Assembly (NCBI RefSeq): GCF_001194135.2
Contig: NC_068985.1
Span: forward strand, 65,685,815 to 65,728,610
From: Octopus bimaculoides
Lineage: Eukaryota
Direction: 5' to 3'
DNA: 42,796 nucleotides
Positions 11,942-26,009 of the stretch are shown here, one piece after another. Position numbers and translations under genes: made by a program. Position 1 is the first letter of the stretch, and each line of letters begins with the position of its first letter. The notes under the pieces were generated by a model. That model did no database searches and was not told the origin of the DNA. It saw only the letters and a program-made list of their open reading frames with translations.

Positions 11942-12299
11942 AAAAAGGAAATTCTTCACCTTTGAAATAGGCTGATGGATGACAAATAGATACAATAAAT
12001 GCCCCTTCTAGAAGTGGAATAGATTTATTTTACCTCAAAATTGAATTAAAATACCCAATATTGTTCGGAGTTAAGCTTAAACTTGGAAGAAGTTAGCAAA
12101 AAGTACGGTAATTATTTCTAAAATTATAGCTTCTAGGTCCACTTTGCCACATTTCACTACCATGTAGCATTACACAAGTAATGTTCATACACAAGTATCA
12201 TACAATTTGCCTTTCACTCTGTTATCAATACAAGTATTAACTCTCTGAACTTTTCCAGCTGATTCATGTTCTAGCAACTACAATTTCAGGACACATCCT

Positions 12300-13260
12300 T
12301 CACTGATAATTTGGTCACCTAGGTTACAGAAACTATCTACTACCTCTGAGGAACTCCAGAGTATTCCAGAAAATCTATTTCCCATGTGTTCTTAGTGTTT
12401 AATGTGCCTGCATTTCTGCCACAAAATCTTTCTCTTTTAACCTTCTTGTGATTCCAGTACACCTCTTGTATGTCCATAGTTTCTGCTATATATGGAATTT
12501 CTACCTACATCTTTTCTACATATTGAACACTTTTCTGAAAGAATTAGTGTACAGTCTGTTTTTCTGTTTACTAGAACTTCGGTCTTTTCTAAGCTAACTT
12601 CAAGACTATTGGTTTCAGGTTTTGTTTTCACACCTGAAATTTTTTTCCAAATTCTACTACAGATTCCACCCTAAAAACGAGGTCATTAGCTTATAGTAGC
12701 TCCCTAGGGTAACCAGTCTTAAATTCCTCTGTTATGTCCTGGAGGATAATGATAAATAGGAGGGGAACGACTTGAGCCCTGGTGAACTTCCTGCATGCTA
12801 CAATTGTCGTGTTACTCATAGCTAACTCTCACCTTACTTACAGTATCCTTGTACACGACTTGGGCAACTTTCACCAGCCATTTATCTATGCTTAGCTTCT
12901 ATAGTATCCACCAAATCAGACATTGAGGGATCCCATTTAAGGCTTTCTCCAGGTCAACAAATGCCAAGTACAGTAGTTTACTTTTGGCTAAATCTCCTGC
13001 AACAGCTTTACTAGAAGAGAGCATCAGTAGCACTTCTCCCAAGCAAAACCAAACTGCATCACATCTGGTCTTTCTTCCTAATCACTTGAGCAATAACCCT
13101 TTCTGTAACTTTCATAACCTGATCCAGCAACCTTGCCAAAGCATCTTTACTATTGTATAAGTTGACTATAATGCTATCTCAGTTATTGAATACAATACCT
13201 ACCTGTACAACTTCATTAACTGTACAGGCAATGAGCCTTTATCCATTACTGCCTGGCATT
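12300..13260 (-). mobile_element. RTE LINE RT and C-terminal fragment, degenerate
   Basis: 12700-13140 is homologous to 1-420. ORF 12437..12631 has KTEVLV..CSICRKDVGRNSI, typical of the RTE post-RT region. Confidence 0.8.
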
Positions 13261-13755
13261 TTATACAACTTTTTCTGCTTGCTTTGCTGAATGATACCCT
13301 GCATGCAACTGGTTTATGTGAGCCTGAGTAGCACTTTTTGTACTAACTTTCCTTGCAAAGTGGTATTTTTAGCAATAATTGGGCATGTTATTTTTGTGAA
13401 TTTCAGATTTAACAAAACAAATGTTCAGTTATTGGAAAACCACTTTAAATGGGTTAATTAGAGAGTACTTTTATCTTTAAAAATTTCTTCTGTGGGTCTT
13501 TTCATGAAAATTGCAAATTGATAATCCCTTGAGTAAGAGTTCATAATTTCGTTTTGTATGAATGTGAACAAGAGTGCAACTTTAGTTGGTAATAGAACTG
13601 ACACAGCGCTATGCCTTGCAAATTCGTGTTGTACAGCAGTGTTTCCCAAATTTTTCACGTCAAATTGCAATGTTGCCCACCTATTGGCCAAAAAGTGCTC
13701 CATCACCCACCTATGTAAAAAACCCTGACACCCCCCACCCCACCATATCATTTGA

Positions 13756-13759
13756 CACG

Positions 13760-13798
<39 letters not shown>
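13756..13798. repeat. (CA)n microsatellite
   Basis: Direct reading of the sequence. Confidence 0.95.
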
Positions 13799-13800
<2 letters not shown>

Positions 13801-14058
13801 TATCGTAGACTCATTGCTCTGTTAGTGCCATTTGTACTAAATATGTGATTGTTTACAAATCCCTTATTGTGGGTTTAGTTTTGCCATTAGTGTCAATAAA
13901 ATGCTTATGCTAACTCTATATTTTTCAGACAGATTAATTTCTGGAAACTTGCGCTTTCTTTTACACTGATTTTCATTTTCCCAAAATAAACCATTGATCA
14001 GAACTACCGATGCAAAAATAATTAATGATTGTATTATAAAGGAAAATAATAAAACTTT

Positions 14059-15761
14059 TTAATGAGAACCATGTGTCTGGTGCAATGCAACTAGTGCAGA
14101 TACATTCGGTTTCAAACTTGTCAACTTCAGCTGCAAGTCTCCTTGTTGTGTCACATCCAGTCCAATTCTTTAATGGGAAAGTAAAGATCCAACATGGTTA
14201 AAACTAGGTTCAACCAGGTATGAGGTAGGGAAGGAAAGCAAAAGTAATTTCAGATGTTTCCACAGACTGGAGTAGGAATTCGATATACTCTGATAGTACC
14301 ACAAAACTTCTTTGCCATTACTGCAATATCGCATTGTGGTGGCACTGTCATTTTGTAATCCTATCAATTCCTACTGAACGTCATCCTCGCAATTGACTGC
14401 ATTGACCTCAAATGGATTGCTATACCAATTTGGAATATTCAGCACAATAACATCTTGAAATTGCTCCACCATGTTATCATGCAATGATTGTAAATTGCTG
14501 CGATATGTAGTTAAATCCTCATCAACTAATTCATCTTTCAAAGAATCAAGTTGTGGAAATTGATGGAATTGACATTTTGAAATGTTAGTCTTATAAAACA
14601 CCAATTTCAAAATGAAGGTAGTGATAAATGATTTACTGTCAATGAGAGTTTTTCTGTTTCCTTGCAATAACTTATTCAATTCATTTAATTTTGTGAATAT
14701 ATCACAAAGAGAAAAGATATCACATCTTGCAGCCATCAATGAAGCGAATAGTAGTGTATCTTCAAAGAAAGATATGATTATATGGTTAGTATGGTCCTCA
14801 TCATTTCTCACAGAGTTGACAGGAAATTCGATCAGACAAGGGACTGGACTTCAATTTGTTCACAGTCTTGATAACTAACTGTAGTGCATCATTCAACCTA
14901 CCATTCATATTTTTTGCCACTAAATGCTGCAGGTGTGCCAAGCAATGAACAGTTAGTGTCTGGTGGGAAATTTCACACTTTAGCAGAAATGAAAACCTCT
15001 GTCTCTTCCTATCATCGAAGGGGCTCCATCAGACGCACAGGCAAGAATGTTACTGAGTGGAATATTATGTTCAAAAAGGAATAGAGTGTGAAAAATAGTT
15101 GCACCTTGAATCAAGTGGCAATTTCTCTGTGAACAGCATTTCCTCACAAGGTTGAAGGTCTTCATTGAAATATCGAATATATACCATCATCAAACATTGA
15201 TTGACAACAACAGTTGACTCATCCACTTATATAGAAAATTCAGAACGCTGGAGAATATTAATGAGCTGATGTTTGACAGTGTTGGCCATTTCATTGATGC
15301 TTCAAGAAATTGTGTTAATACTAGGTGAGATCTTCTTCATAATGTTATTGGGTTTTTTGTGCATAACGGTTGACAAAACCTATTCAATAACTGGGCAAAG
15401 TAATGTTTCTCCAATTGTGTGAAACCTCCTAGACTTAGCAACAAGCAATGCAATGTTGTACGATGTAATCAACCCGTCATTCTCCTGTTTACTAGTTTAC
15501 TTGAGTAGCATGTTGAATGTTTGTATTTACTTTTTGAAAGAGGAGCTTGGTTAAAAAAAAATATGATAATGGCTTATCCATCTTGTCAGAATACTTTGCA
15601 TCAAAGTGATGCTTCAAGCGTGAAGGTTTCATTGTTTCATTAGTCAAAGTCTGATGGCAAAGAAGGCACATTGGTAACTGACAGTTCTGAGGAGAGGGAA
15701 TAAATCCAAAGGATAAATAATCACTACAGTACTGTTGACAAATTTTCTTGACTGGAGGCAT
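14059..15761 (-). pseudogene. hAT (ZBED5/SCAND3-like) transposase pseudogene
   Basis: BED finger YLSFGFI..PMCLLC..MKPSRLKHH (15492..15761), CASDGAPSMIG, and C-terminal LLSFPTSYLVE..GDLQLKLT..HGSH-stop. Frameshifts and apparent internal deletions. Confidence 0.88.
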
Positions 15762-16593
15762 CAGTAAAGTGAAAATGAATTTCTACAGATGGCGTCAGAA
15801 AGGCAGTATGGTATTCCCAAAAAGAAGAAGTCAATAGAGTGGAGTCAGGTGACACCTCTTTAATGGAGCAAATACAAATGTATTTCGTTTGGCTGCCAGC
15901 ATTTCAAAAATTAAAGTTTATAGAAAATTTTAAAATTTGGTACATTAATGTACCTTTCCAAGCTAAATTGCTAGGGTTATTCAACTTTTGCCAGAAAAAA
16001 TGTTTTTAAAAAGTTATACAGGTTTAAAGTTTGATCATTTTCACACAGTCAAGAAACATGATTTCAAAGCTGTCACTTTGTGTGTGACTGCATATTTTGT
16101 CAACATCCTGAAAATAGCACTTGTGTTTTGATATGAAACCACAGAATTAAGCATGTCATATAACCCCCTCATAACTTTTTTATTTTTTAGAGTTTTCAAG
16201 AAATTTTTGCGAATTTGAATTTTACACATAGGACTTCATACAATTATGCAAAAAAAAAAAATTGTAGTGGAGTGTGATTTAAGGCCTAGGCCTATTTGGT
16301 TGCTATTTTTAGCACACATGACAATCTCAAAGACTGTGACAAAAATATTTGATCAATAAACAAGTTTGCATTTTTAATACAAATACATGCGAGTGCATCC
16401 TTATTCTAGGCATGCCTAGATATCAGTAAATGCACACTTAATTTCTAAAAATTCATTGTCACCCAACAAATGTTCATATCACCTGCCAAAATCTCAATTC
16501 GTCCATCACCCACTTTGAGAAGCTATGTTGTACAGGATCATTATAGTGTCATGTAATAGTGGAGATAATTAATCAATACTTATGTTCCATTGA

Positions 16594-16845
<252 letters not shown>

Positions 16846-17494
16846 TAGTGGGAGCATAAAAGGCAAAGTGGAGTTCCCATGACAGTATATTTTCATTTGC
16901 TACTTGTATTTTGGACTATAGAGCCTACAGTGATATACATTATGTGTGTTGAAGCCTGCAGTCGACAGTGTAGAATAATAAACATAATTAAGGGGTCAGC
17001 AACAGTTGCTTCACCACATACCGAAGTTCAGAAATAGCAGCTAAAGTGCCGAAACTCCAACAGATAGCATTACTTGTAACTCACAAAAGCAAAACAAGAA
17101 GAAAAGAATAAACGAACTAAACTAGTCGTAGTTAATCATATACGCGTTTCTGGTTTAGAAGTGCAAATCCTTCATTACCTCATCAGTATGATATTCCAGT
17201 TGCAAATTTATTAATAAATTAATAAATTGATAATACTTTACTCTTTTAATTGTAATAAGTGTAGAATAATATATAGTTTCATGCAAAAGTAGAATTGAAT
17301 TATAGCGTTTTTTCCCCCTTCATTTTCTAGTCATTGTATTGTGCATAAGTTATGTTTTGATAATTTAATATGTAGGAGAAGGACAAAAAACATTCCATGT
17401 TGTGTAAATCAGGAATCATTACCAGTATAGTCTGTACATTTACAGTAACCTGGGAGAAGTGATAGTGACCTTGATGTCTGCTGCTAATAGCTGA

Positions 17495-17677
<183 letters not shown>

Positions 17678-18499
17678 TGAGTGTCAAATATTAGTATTGT
17701 ATTATATATCTTAGCTTATGTTAAATGTGAATCTAATTATGATAAACAGTTGATGGAAATTGATTATTTAAAACCAATCATTTTGAAATTAATGTTATTT
17801 CATTAGTATTGTATGTTGTTTATATTATATGTATCATAAAGTGATGTTAAACTAAAGAAAAATTTGTGTGGTCTAAGAATACAACTTAGCAAATGAGTGA
17901 TCACAGTTGTTGAGAGGGCCTCTGACACCTTTGCTTGACTTGCTGCAAGCAAGTTCCCCTTTAAACATCCCATTCTATTTTACAAAAAAAAAGAAGGAAA
18001 GGACACATCATCATCATTTAATATCTGTTGTCCATGCTGGCATGGATTGGACTCATTTGATGAATATAGTTCTAGACACTGTCTGAGAAAGATAGGATGG
18101 TTACACATGGAATGTCTTTGTTCAGAGTTCTGCTAGATCAGAAGTGACCTAGACCTAAGTAAAAACAGTTGGGAGGCAGTGGTATGGGAATGAAACCATT
18201 AAATATTTACTTCAGTGCTTCTATTACCTTTCACTATATGATATTATTACATTTAAGAATCTGCTTGTGTGCATTCAAATTTTGTGAAAACATTAACTGC
18301 AGAAATGCTTCTTGCCTAAAATCACTTCCAGTTCATTTCTGAGTCCTGGAACTCTCCAAATAAAAGATCTTTGATCTTTATTTTATCAAAACAGAAAAAT
18401 ATAATTATTCCTTAGAAAACAGAAAATAATGTATGTATGCACAAACTCATAAACATTAATAGGAAAACAGATACACACATACAACTTAACTTATGAAGT

Positions 18500-18660
18500 G
18501 TACTAGCCAAGAGTAGGAATGTTTCCTCCGGTGGCCTTCTACACTCTGTCTACTGAATGTCACTCTCAATGTTTTGACTAATCTGAGGCTATGGTTGACA
18601 ACTTTTGCCCAAGGTTCCAGGCAATACAAAATTCACAGCTATGGCTGACTGAAGACTTTT
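18500..18660 (-). mobile_element. Degenerate SINE fragment
   Basis: Similar to 26220-26320 (TCTAC..AAT..CACTC..GAGGCTA..CAAGGT). Confidence 0.5.
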
Positions 18661-18791
18661 TAGTATATCACTTAATGGTAAATGCTTTGATTTATTATCT
18701 GTTTCAGTTTGTTAGCCACATCAAAAAAAGAAAAGTACGATGTCTTGGGATCATATTTTAAAGATATATTAGAATTTGTTTCTGAAATTAA

Positions 18792-19004
<213 letters not shown>

Positions 19005-20199
19005 TAAAGTTTAATAATATGAAATCCAAATGCAGCTAAAATACTACCACAAAATTACCATATACAATTTCTGGTTAAAACTATTTTACTGAAGTCACTA
19101 ATGTTTTCAAGGAAAGTCATAACTTTTAATTCTCTTTCTCATAATTCTATATTACAAACAATTTTATGATTTAGAAATCATTACATTTATTCAAAAGACA
19201 TGGTGTTTCAGAAGTTATTAATTAGAGCAGTTGATATAGCCTATTATAATAGGTATCACTATGAAGTTTTGAAAATATTTAAATGTAATTTCTACTTGGT
19301 TGTATTTTATACCATTTGTCTACAGTGAGAAATTTTCTCCATGACAAAACACAGTGAATGACTTGTTTACAAGTCTGAACATGTTCTTGGCATATTTGAA
19401 TTGGTATTAACATTGTAATTTCTACTGTATTTTTTGTTCGAGAGCATCCAAAGAGAAACATTTTAATACCTCATATGTGAAATTTAGATGAATATTTTAG
19501 GAAATATGACAATTTCAATAGTTAGCAAATTGGTTGAAATCTTGCCTAATTGGCCTAAATGAATAATTAGCCATATTTTTTTATGTCATATCTTTGAAAC
19601 TGAGGTGATAATCATCTTCAAATTACATAAATTAATAGTGACCATGGTGTAGCAGTTGCCTAACTTCTTTTTAGGTTCTTTTTAGGTTCTTGGTTGATTT
19701 TGCAGTGTTTTAAAACCTAGCCAAAACCAAAAGCACAGGCCTCAGAAACTTGAGTTTTGGCACATTTGTAATAGGTATGGGAGTAAAAAGAAAAAAACAT
19801 GAGATTTTGGGACATGACACCATTTCAATAAAATTTTAATGAACTATTAAAAATGACAATAAATAGTTGAATTTCAGATCAGGACGCCCACATAAGTTGG
19901 ATTTTCTCCATTTTGACATGGATTTTCCCAATTGTTTTGCATCATGATCTTGGAAATGATGGGGGCAAAGCTTTTTACAAAAGTTTTTTTATGAAAATTT
20001 AGGATCCCCTTTCCTCTCTCTCTCCCCACCCACCTGAACCAATTTTGGTCAATTTTGTTTGCACTATACACTTAAAAAACGATGAAAGAAGCCTTTTTGG
20101 TTAAGAAAGAAAAAAAGAAATTGAAAATATTTTCAAATGGAATGGTGTGTGAGTTAAGGGAGATTTAGCTGGTGTTTCTAGCACATCCTACGATTTAGA

Positions 20200-20470
20200 T
20201 TTAGTTTGTTCAGATGTTTCTCATACCCTTTCTCTGCTCTTGGTAAGAGCATTTGATGCTCTCCTGGATGCAGCTTGTTCAGGAGTTTGAGAGTCCCTGA
20301 ATCTTTGCATTGGAAACTCTCCTGGCTGCTGTTTGATTTGGGTTTTCATTTGCATTGGACTTTCTTTTCCTCTCTGCAGCCTTGGCTCTTTTGATTGCAG
20401 TCTGGTCCTTTGTTGGCAGAGATTTATTTTTGCGAAGTATACTGCTGCTGTATGCAATAGGCAACAATAA
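20200..20470 (-). mobile_element. Possible Helitron Rep/Hel N-terminal remnant
   Basis: Frameshifted basic repeats RKRKSNANENPNQTAARR and QTPEQAASRR (ORFs 20279..20467 and 20221..20457). No Rep or helicase motifs seen. Confidence 0.4.
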
Positions 20471-20879
20471 ACTTGCCTTTTAAAAGTTCAATAATAATTC
20501 TTCTTCTGCCACTTAGTTCAAAGACAATTTGATGTACGTACAAACAATTATTTGTTGTAGTTGGTACGTATCTTAACTCCTGTTCGTAGTTTGAAGGAAA
20601 ATTACACTACTGTCACTAAACACTATTTTTAAAGTGCAGTTTTTATGGTTTGGAATTGCTCTAAGCGTATTTAACCATAAAGATGTTTGAAATTTAGTAT
20701 TTTTTAAGTCAGTGTGCGCTAAGTTTCCATAGCCCCGACGGCATGAAAATTTTATTAATATCTGAAAAAATACTCAGTTTCCAACATTTTTATGGTAGAG
20801 AGTTATGAGAGGTAATATTGCATGAGAGTAAATTCAATACATATTTCAGTTCTGAATGTTATGAAGCACGTGTTATGGC

Positions 20880-21115
20880 TAAATTAATTGATACAGTTAT
20901 AATATTTAGAGAAAAATTTTTTCAAAATGTTCATTTTGGAAATTACTTTTGGAAATAGTTATAATTACTTTGAGAAATATTTTTTTCAAAATGTTAGGAT
21001 TAAGAAAAAACTTTTTAGAGAGTAGTTAGAGACAGATTTTTTTCAGAAAGTTAGCATTAAGAAAGAAACTTTTTTAGGGATTAGAATTAGTATTTTTTAA
21101 GGTAATAATAAAATT
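20880..21115. repeat. AT-rich degenerate tandem repeat, continued at 23280-23435
   Basis: Recurring GTTATAATATTTAGAG..TTTTTTCAAAATGTTAGGATTAAGAAA..ACTTTTTAGA units on both sides of the LTR pair. Confidence 0.75.
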
Positions 21116-21124
21116 AGTAGTCAG

Positions 21125-23278
21125 TGTAGTGACCATGCGACCAGGAGAGGTGACAAAGAATGGCTCCTTTAGCACCTCGCATGGTCGATACAAATAAAAA
21201 ACACGAAAAGAGGATAAATGAGTATGAGTGCCAAAAGGAAAGAGAGACTCAATTGTTAGAAGGTTTAAGAGAAGGTTTTATTGATATGTCAACTTGTGTG
21301 TATGAGTGCGACATATAAACACAATAATAGACAGGCTGTCATGTAAACAAAGTGTATGTGTACAAACATAGATGTATGTGTGTGAGAGAAATACAAAGCA
21401 TAGAAAAGAGTCTATAAGGACGTTAGAAGAAAGTCCAGACACAAGTATGGTAAATACCAGTTTGTAGTCAAGTTACACAGTAGTTGAAGTGCTGTAACAA
21501 GAAGTTGTGGTGGCAAGGCAGAGCCGGGAAGAAGGCACATGTCATGAGAAGTTGAGGCTTCAATGCTGCGGCCGGTTACTTGATACAGGAGGTCTCGCAG
21601 GTTGTACTCGCTGTTAACCATGGTGAAGTAATTCACAAACAGTGAGGTGATAGAACCTGTGGTGGTGTGTATGTAGAGACGTTGGTGTAGTCAAGAAGAT
21701 GATGGTGGCGACGAAGATGGAGTGTCCTGAATGCTGAACGAAGTGTTGAATTTCCATGAAGCTGCTGTCGTGTCGTCGCTGGAACTGGCTGTGTGCTCTG
21801 TGGTCAGCGGCTAGACCTCAGAAGGTCTGAAGCAGACTGACAAACTGTGACGGTGAAAAGCTAGCTATTTATACCATACCGTTGGCTCAACTGAGGTTCA
21901 GAAAAGGCTGTCTCATGCGACCTTATCTGAAGGCTGCGACTGGTTGGGTTGCACCCTGGCGCAAAATAGAACAGGAGACAAAATGCGCCAATACCAACCA
22001 ATCAGAGGGGTGGACACAACATGGTCCAAAAGAGCAGCCAAAGGCTAGCTGTTATCCACTACGTTTGCACTCGTGTATATATAACAGAGAGAGAGAAGTA
22101 CGCTACAGAGCCCCTCACCAGTCATTTTGTGTAAGACAAAATAGATAATAAAGGATGAAATAACTGTAACGAAAAGGAGAAAGAGCGGTTAGTCATGAAG
22201 CTGGTACTGGGTCACTATTTTGTAAAAGTCCGTACGAACGTCGGGCTGCATGTTGGAATCACGTCGGGCACAACATGTGATCACATTGGGGTCACCAGTT
22301 TGTAACGACCGTGCGACGGTGACGAGGAATAGCTCCTTTAGCGCATCGCATGGTCGGTCCCAAAAAGGAAAAGAGAGACACAACCGGTAGAAGGTTTTAT
22401 TGACATGTCGACTTGTATGTCTGTGTGTGTGAGTGCGACATGATAAACACAATAATAGACAGGCCGTCATGTAAACAAAGTGTATGTGTATGCAAACTTG
22501 GATGTATGTGTGTGCAAGAAATACAGAGCATAGAAAAGAGTCTATAAGGACGTTGAGAGAAAGTCCAGACACAAGGATGGTAAATACCAGTTCGTATTCA
22601 AGGTACACAGTGGTTGAAGTGCTGTATCAAGAAGTTGTGGCGGCAAGCCAGAGCCGAGAAAAGATACTGTCGCATGAGAAGTTGTGGCTTCGATGCTGCG
22701 GCTGATTACTTGGTACAGGAGGTCTCGCAGGTTGTATTCGCTATTAACCATGGTGAAGCAATTCACAAACAGTGTTGAGAGAACCTATGTGGCTGCTGTT
22801 GGTGGTGTGTACGTAGAGAAGTTGGTGGTGTGTACATAGAGAAGTTGGTGTTGATGCTAAGAAGCTGACAGTGGCGATGAAGATGGAGTTTGTAGTAAGC
22901 AGTTGAACGAAGTGTTGACAAGTCTCCATGTGCTGTGCTGTCGTTGCTGGAACTGGCTTTGTGCTCTGTGGCCAGTGGCTAGACCTCAGAAGGTCTGAAG
23001 CAGACTGGCAACCAGGACGGTGAAAAGCTAGCTGTTTATAAGATACTATCAGCTCAAGCAGGGGTTCAGAAAGACTGTCCCACCCGACCTCATCTGAAGG
23101 CTCCGATTGGTTGGGTTGCACCCTGGCGCGAAATAAAACAGGAAACAAAAATGCGCCAATACCAACCAATCAGAGGGGTGGACACAGCAGGGTCCAAAAG
23201 TCTGGCCGAAGGCTAGCTGTTAACCACTACATCATCCGCACTCGTGTATATATAACAGAGAGAGAGAAGTATGCTACA
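21125..23278 (-). mobile_element. Coding-free LTR element: two ~980-bp LTRs around a 193-bp core
   Basis: LTRs 21125-22107 (TGTAGT..GCTACA) and 22301-23278 (TGTAAC..GCTACA). Minus-strand PBS at 22280-22297 matches tRNA-Trp in 16 of 18 positions. PPT-like TGGTGAGGGGCTC at 22108-22120. No TSD. Confidence 0.85.
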
Positions 23279-24191
23279 ATAATTATAATATTTAGAGGAA
23301 TATTTTTTCCAAATGTTAGGATTAAGAAAAATAACTTTTTAGAAAGTAGTGTTATGGTTTACAGTTATAATATTTAGAGACAGATTTTTTTCAAAATGTT
23401 AGGATTATGAAAGAAACTTTTTTAGAGAGTAGAATGGCACTAACCTTTGGGAGGAAATTCCACAAATTGTGTGTAAACTTTCTCAAAGTTATAAAGCAAG
23501 TGTTATGGTAGAAGATATAGATGTTTAATTTTGGTGTGAGGTTCCAGGACAGTGGAGATAGATAAATAGATGGATAGACAGATAGATAGGTAGAGAGAGG
23601 GAGGGGGAGGGATTTCTTTTCAATTTGGAATTTTTTTACCATTTATTTATTTATTTAGTAGTCCCCCCCTCCCCTGTTGTATAGCTACTGGTATGAGACA
23701 TGAGTTCAAGGACGGTGACCTTTTAGGATGGGGAAAATAATGAAAAAAGGATGGGGTACAGTCATCATTAAAAGCATTTTTTTCCCCTTAAAGTGCCAAG
23801 CAAAAACTAAAACAAAAACAATAGTTTTCAGTATGCTGGTCAGTATGTTGGCCACAGGAATTTCTGTCAAATAGACATAGTTTAACAAAGTTGTATATCA
23901 TCTCACTCTTTCTCTCACATACCCACTCTTTCTCACTCTCTTATTGTTACTCCCAGTACCACCATCAACACTACTACTTTTAATAAAACACCATCAACTC
24001 TCCCTAAATTTCTTTTGTCTCTCTTTCTCTCTCTCTCTCTGTCTGTCTTCGCCACTGCCCTCACTGTCTCTATGCCTACTATTACTCTCACCCCGTCATG
24101 AGGGATAGTAGGAGTGTCATTGAACAGTGAGAGAGGGGATCAAAGTATGACACACTGACACACAGAAATTAGTTTTTATATTAGATGATAA

Positions 24192-24440
<249 letters not shown>

Positions 24441-24784
24441 TGATTTATTAGAAATGAAAGTAATCCCTTGCTTAGAAGTGTATGAAACATTACAGTTTGT
24501 TATGTCATGCTCCAGTTGCATAATACATGAATAAACAAATTTTTGAGCTAATTTCATCTTTATACTAAAATGTTTATCTTTTATGCTTTTACCAGTTTCA
24601 GTCTTTAGACTGTAGTCATGCTAGACTTTTAGAATTTTGATTGAAAGAGACTCTCTAAAATAAATCAATTCTTGGGTAGTATAGAGGGACATTTTTGTTT
24701 GATGGACCAATTTATCAGCTATCCTTCACTGATACATACTTACTTACATAACTCTTACATAATTTTTGTCTACTAAATTTCATT

Positions 24785-24880
24785 TAGAAGGCTGTGGTAG
24801 AAGACACTAGTCCTCAGGCTGCACAATAGGATGGAACCTAAAGCTACATAGTTGTAAAGCAAACTTCTTAACCACATGCC
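24785..24880 (-). mobile_element. tRNA-derived SINE head fragment
   Basis: Similar to 26270-26360. Confidence 0.6.
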
Positions 24881-25004
24881 CATCAGATTTCAGATTTCCT
24901 ACAGATCTAAATTAGAATTATTTGCAGTGGTTTATATTTCAATACAGCCTTGAAAAAAAAATTTCTGTTATGAATCTGAATCTTTGTTTTCAATTTTTTT
25001 ATAG

Positions 25005-25247
<243 letters not shown>

Positions 25248-26009
25248 TGATAGTTTAAAAACATAACTATTTTACATCTGCTTTCCATGATGTCACTTAT
25301 TTGACACATCTTATTTGGAGTCATTGCTCACTTCAAAGGTTAGGACTATGCCTCACTTGTATGGTTTTTATGCCTGAATGCCCTTCCTATTGCCACTCAC
25401 TTCACTGAGTGCATTTTATCATAGCAGCATCACTAAAGAAATTGTCTTTCTACTGGCAAGAGTCCCCTCTCCTCTACTTTTCTCTATTAATTCATTCTTT
25501 TCTATCTTACACTGCTGTGTGAGAAGGGAGCGAGAACTAAAAAAAGAGGTTAGAAGAAAGAGTAATGGAGAGAACAAGAATGAGAGGGTAATAGAAGAAT
25601 GAGTTACTGAAGGGAAAGAAGGAGGCCTGATGATTGTTATAATATGACATTGAATAAAAACATAAGCAGGGGATTTTAAGAGTAACTATTATGCATCTTT
25701 GCCATTGTATGTTTAACTCAGGTGTCATGAAGATAGAAGATAGTGATGAGGAAGAGAGTGTTGATGGAAGGTGTAGTATGAGAGGAGAGTGATGGATCAC
25801 CATAAATATGTGTGATATTGAGAGAGATGGATAGCAATAAAACTGAGTGATGGTAAGAGAGTAATCATTGTCAATGAGAGATGGTGTATAATAGGTGGTT
25901 TGTGACATGGAGTATTGATTAAGAATAACAATAGTTGGGTGAGGTCCAAATGTAAATTTTGCATTTCAGCTTCTTACCATCACCACCACCACCACCATTA
26001 TCTTTTACT

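Larger units (their letters stand above)
13637..16527 (-). mobile_element. Buster/Charlie-type hAT DNA transposon, both ends present, defective
   Basis: 8-bp TSD TTGTACAG (central TA) at 13629-13636 and 16528-16535. Imperfect TIRs CAGTGTTTCCCAAA / TTTGAGAAGCTATG (10 of 14 match). Confidence 0.9.

Noticed and set aside
17140-17270. Further copy of the 640-750 LTR-like sequence
   Set aside because: Only two short AT-rich matches; cannot be separated from chance by eye.
22258-22297. tRNA-Trp gene
   Set aside because: Only the 3' 18 nt match, including the CCA that eukaryotic genes do not encode. This is a PBS.
25378-25908. ORFs 25378..25602 and 25537..25908
   Set aside because: Purine-rich low-complexity intronic sequence with no motif or splice support.
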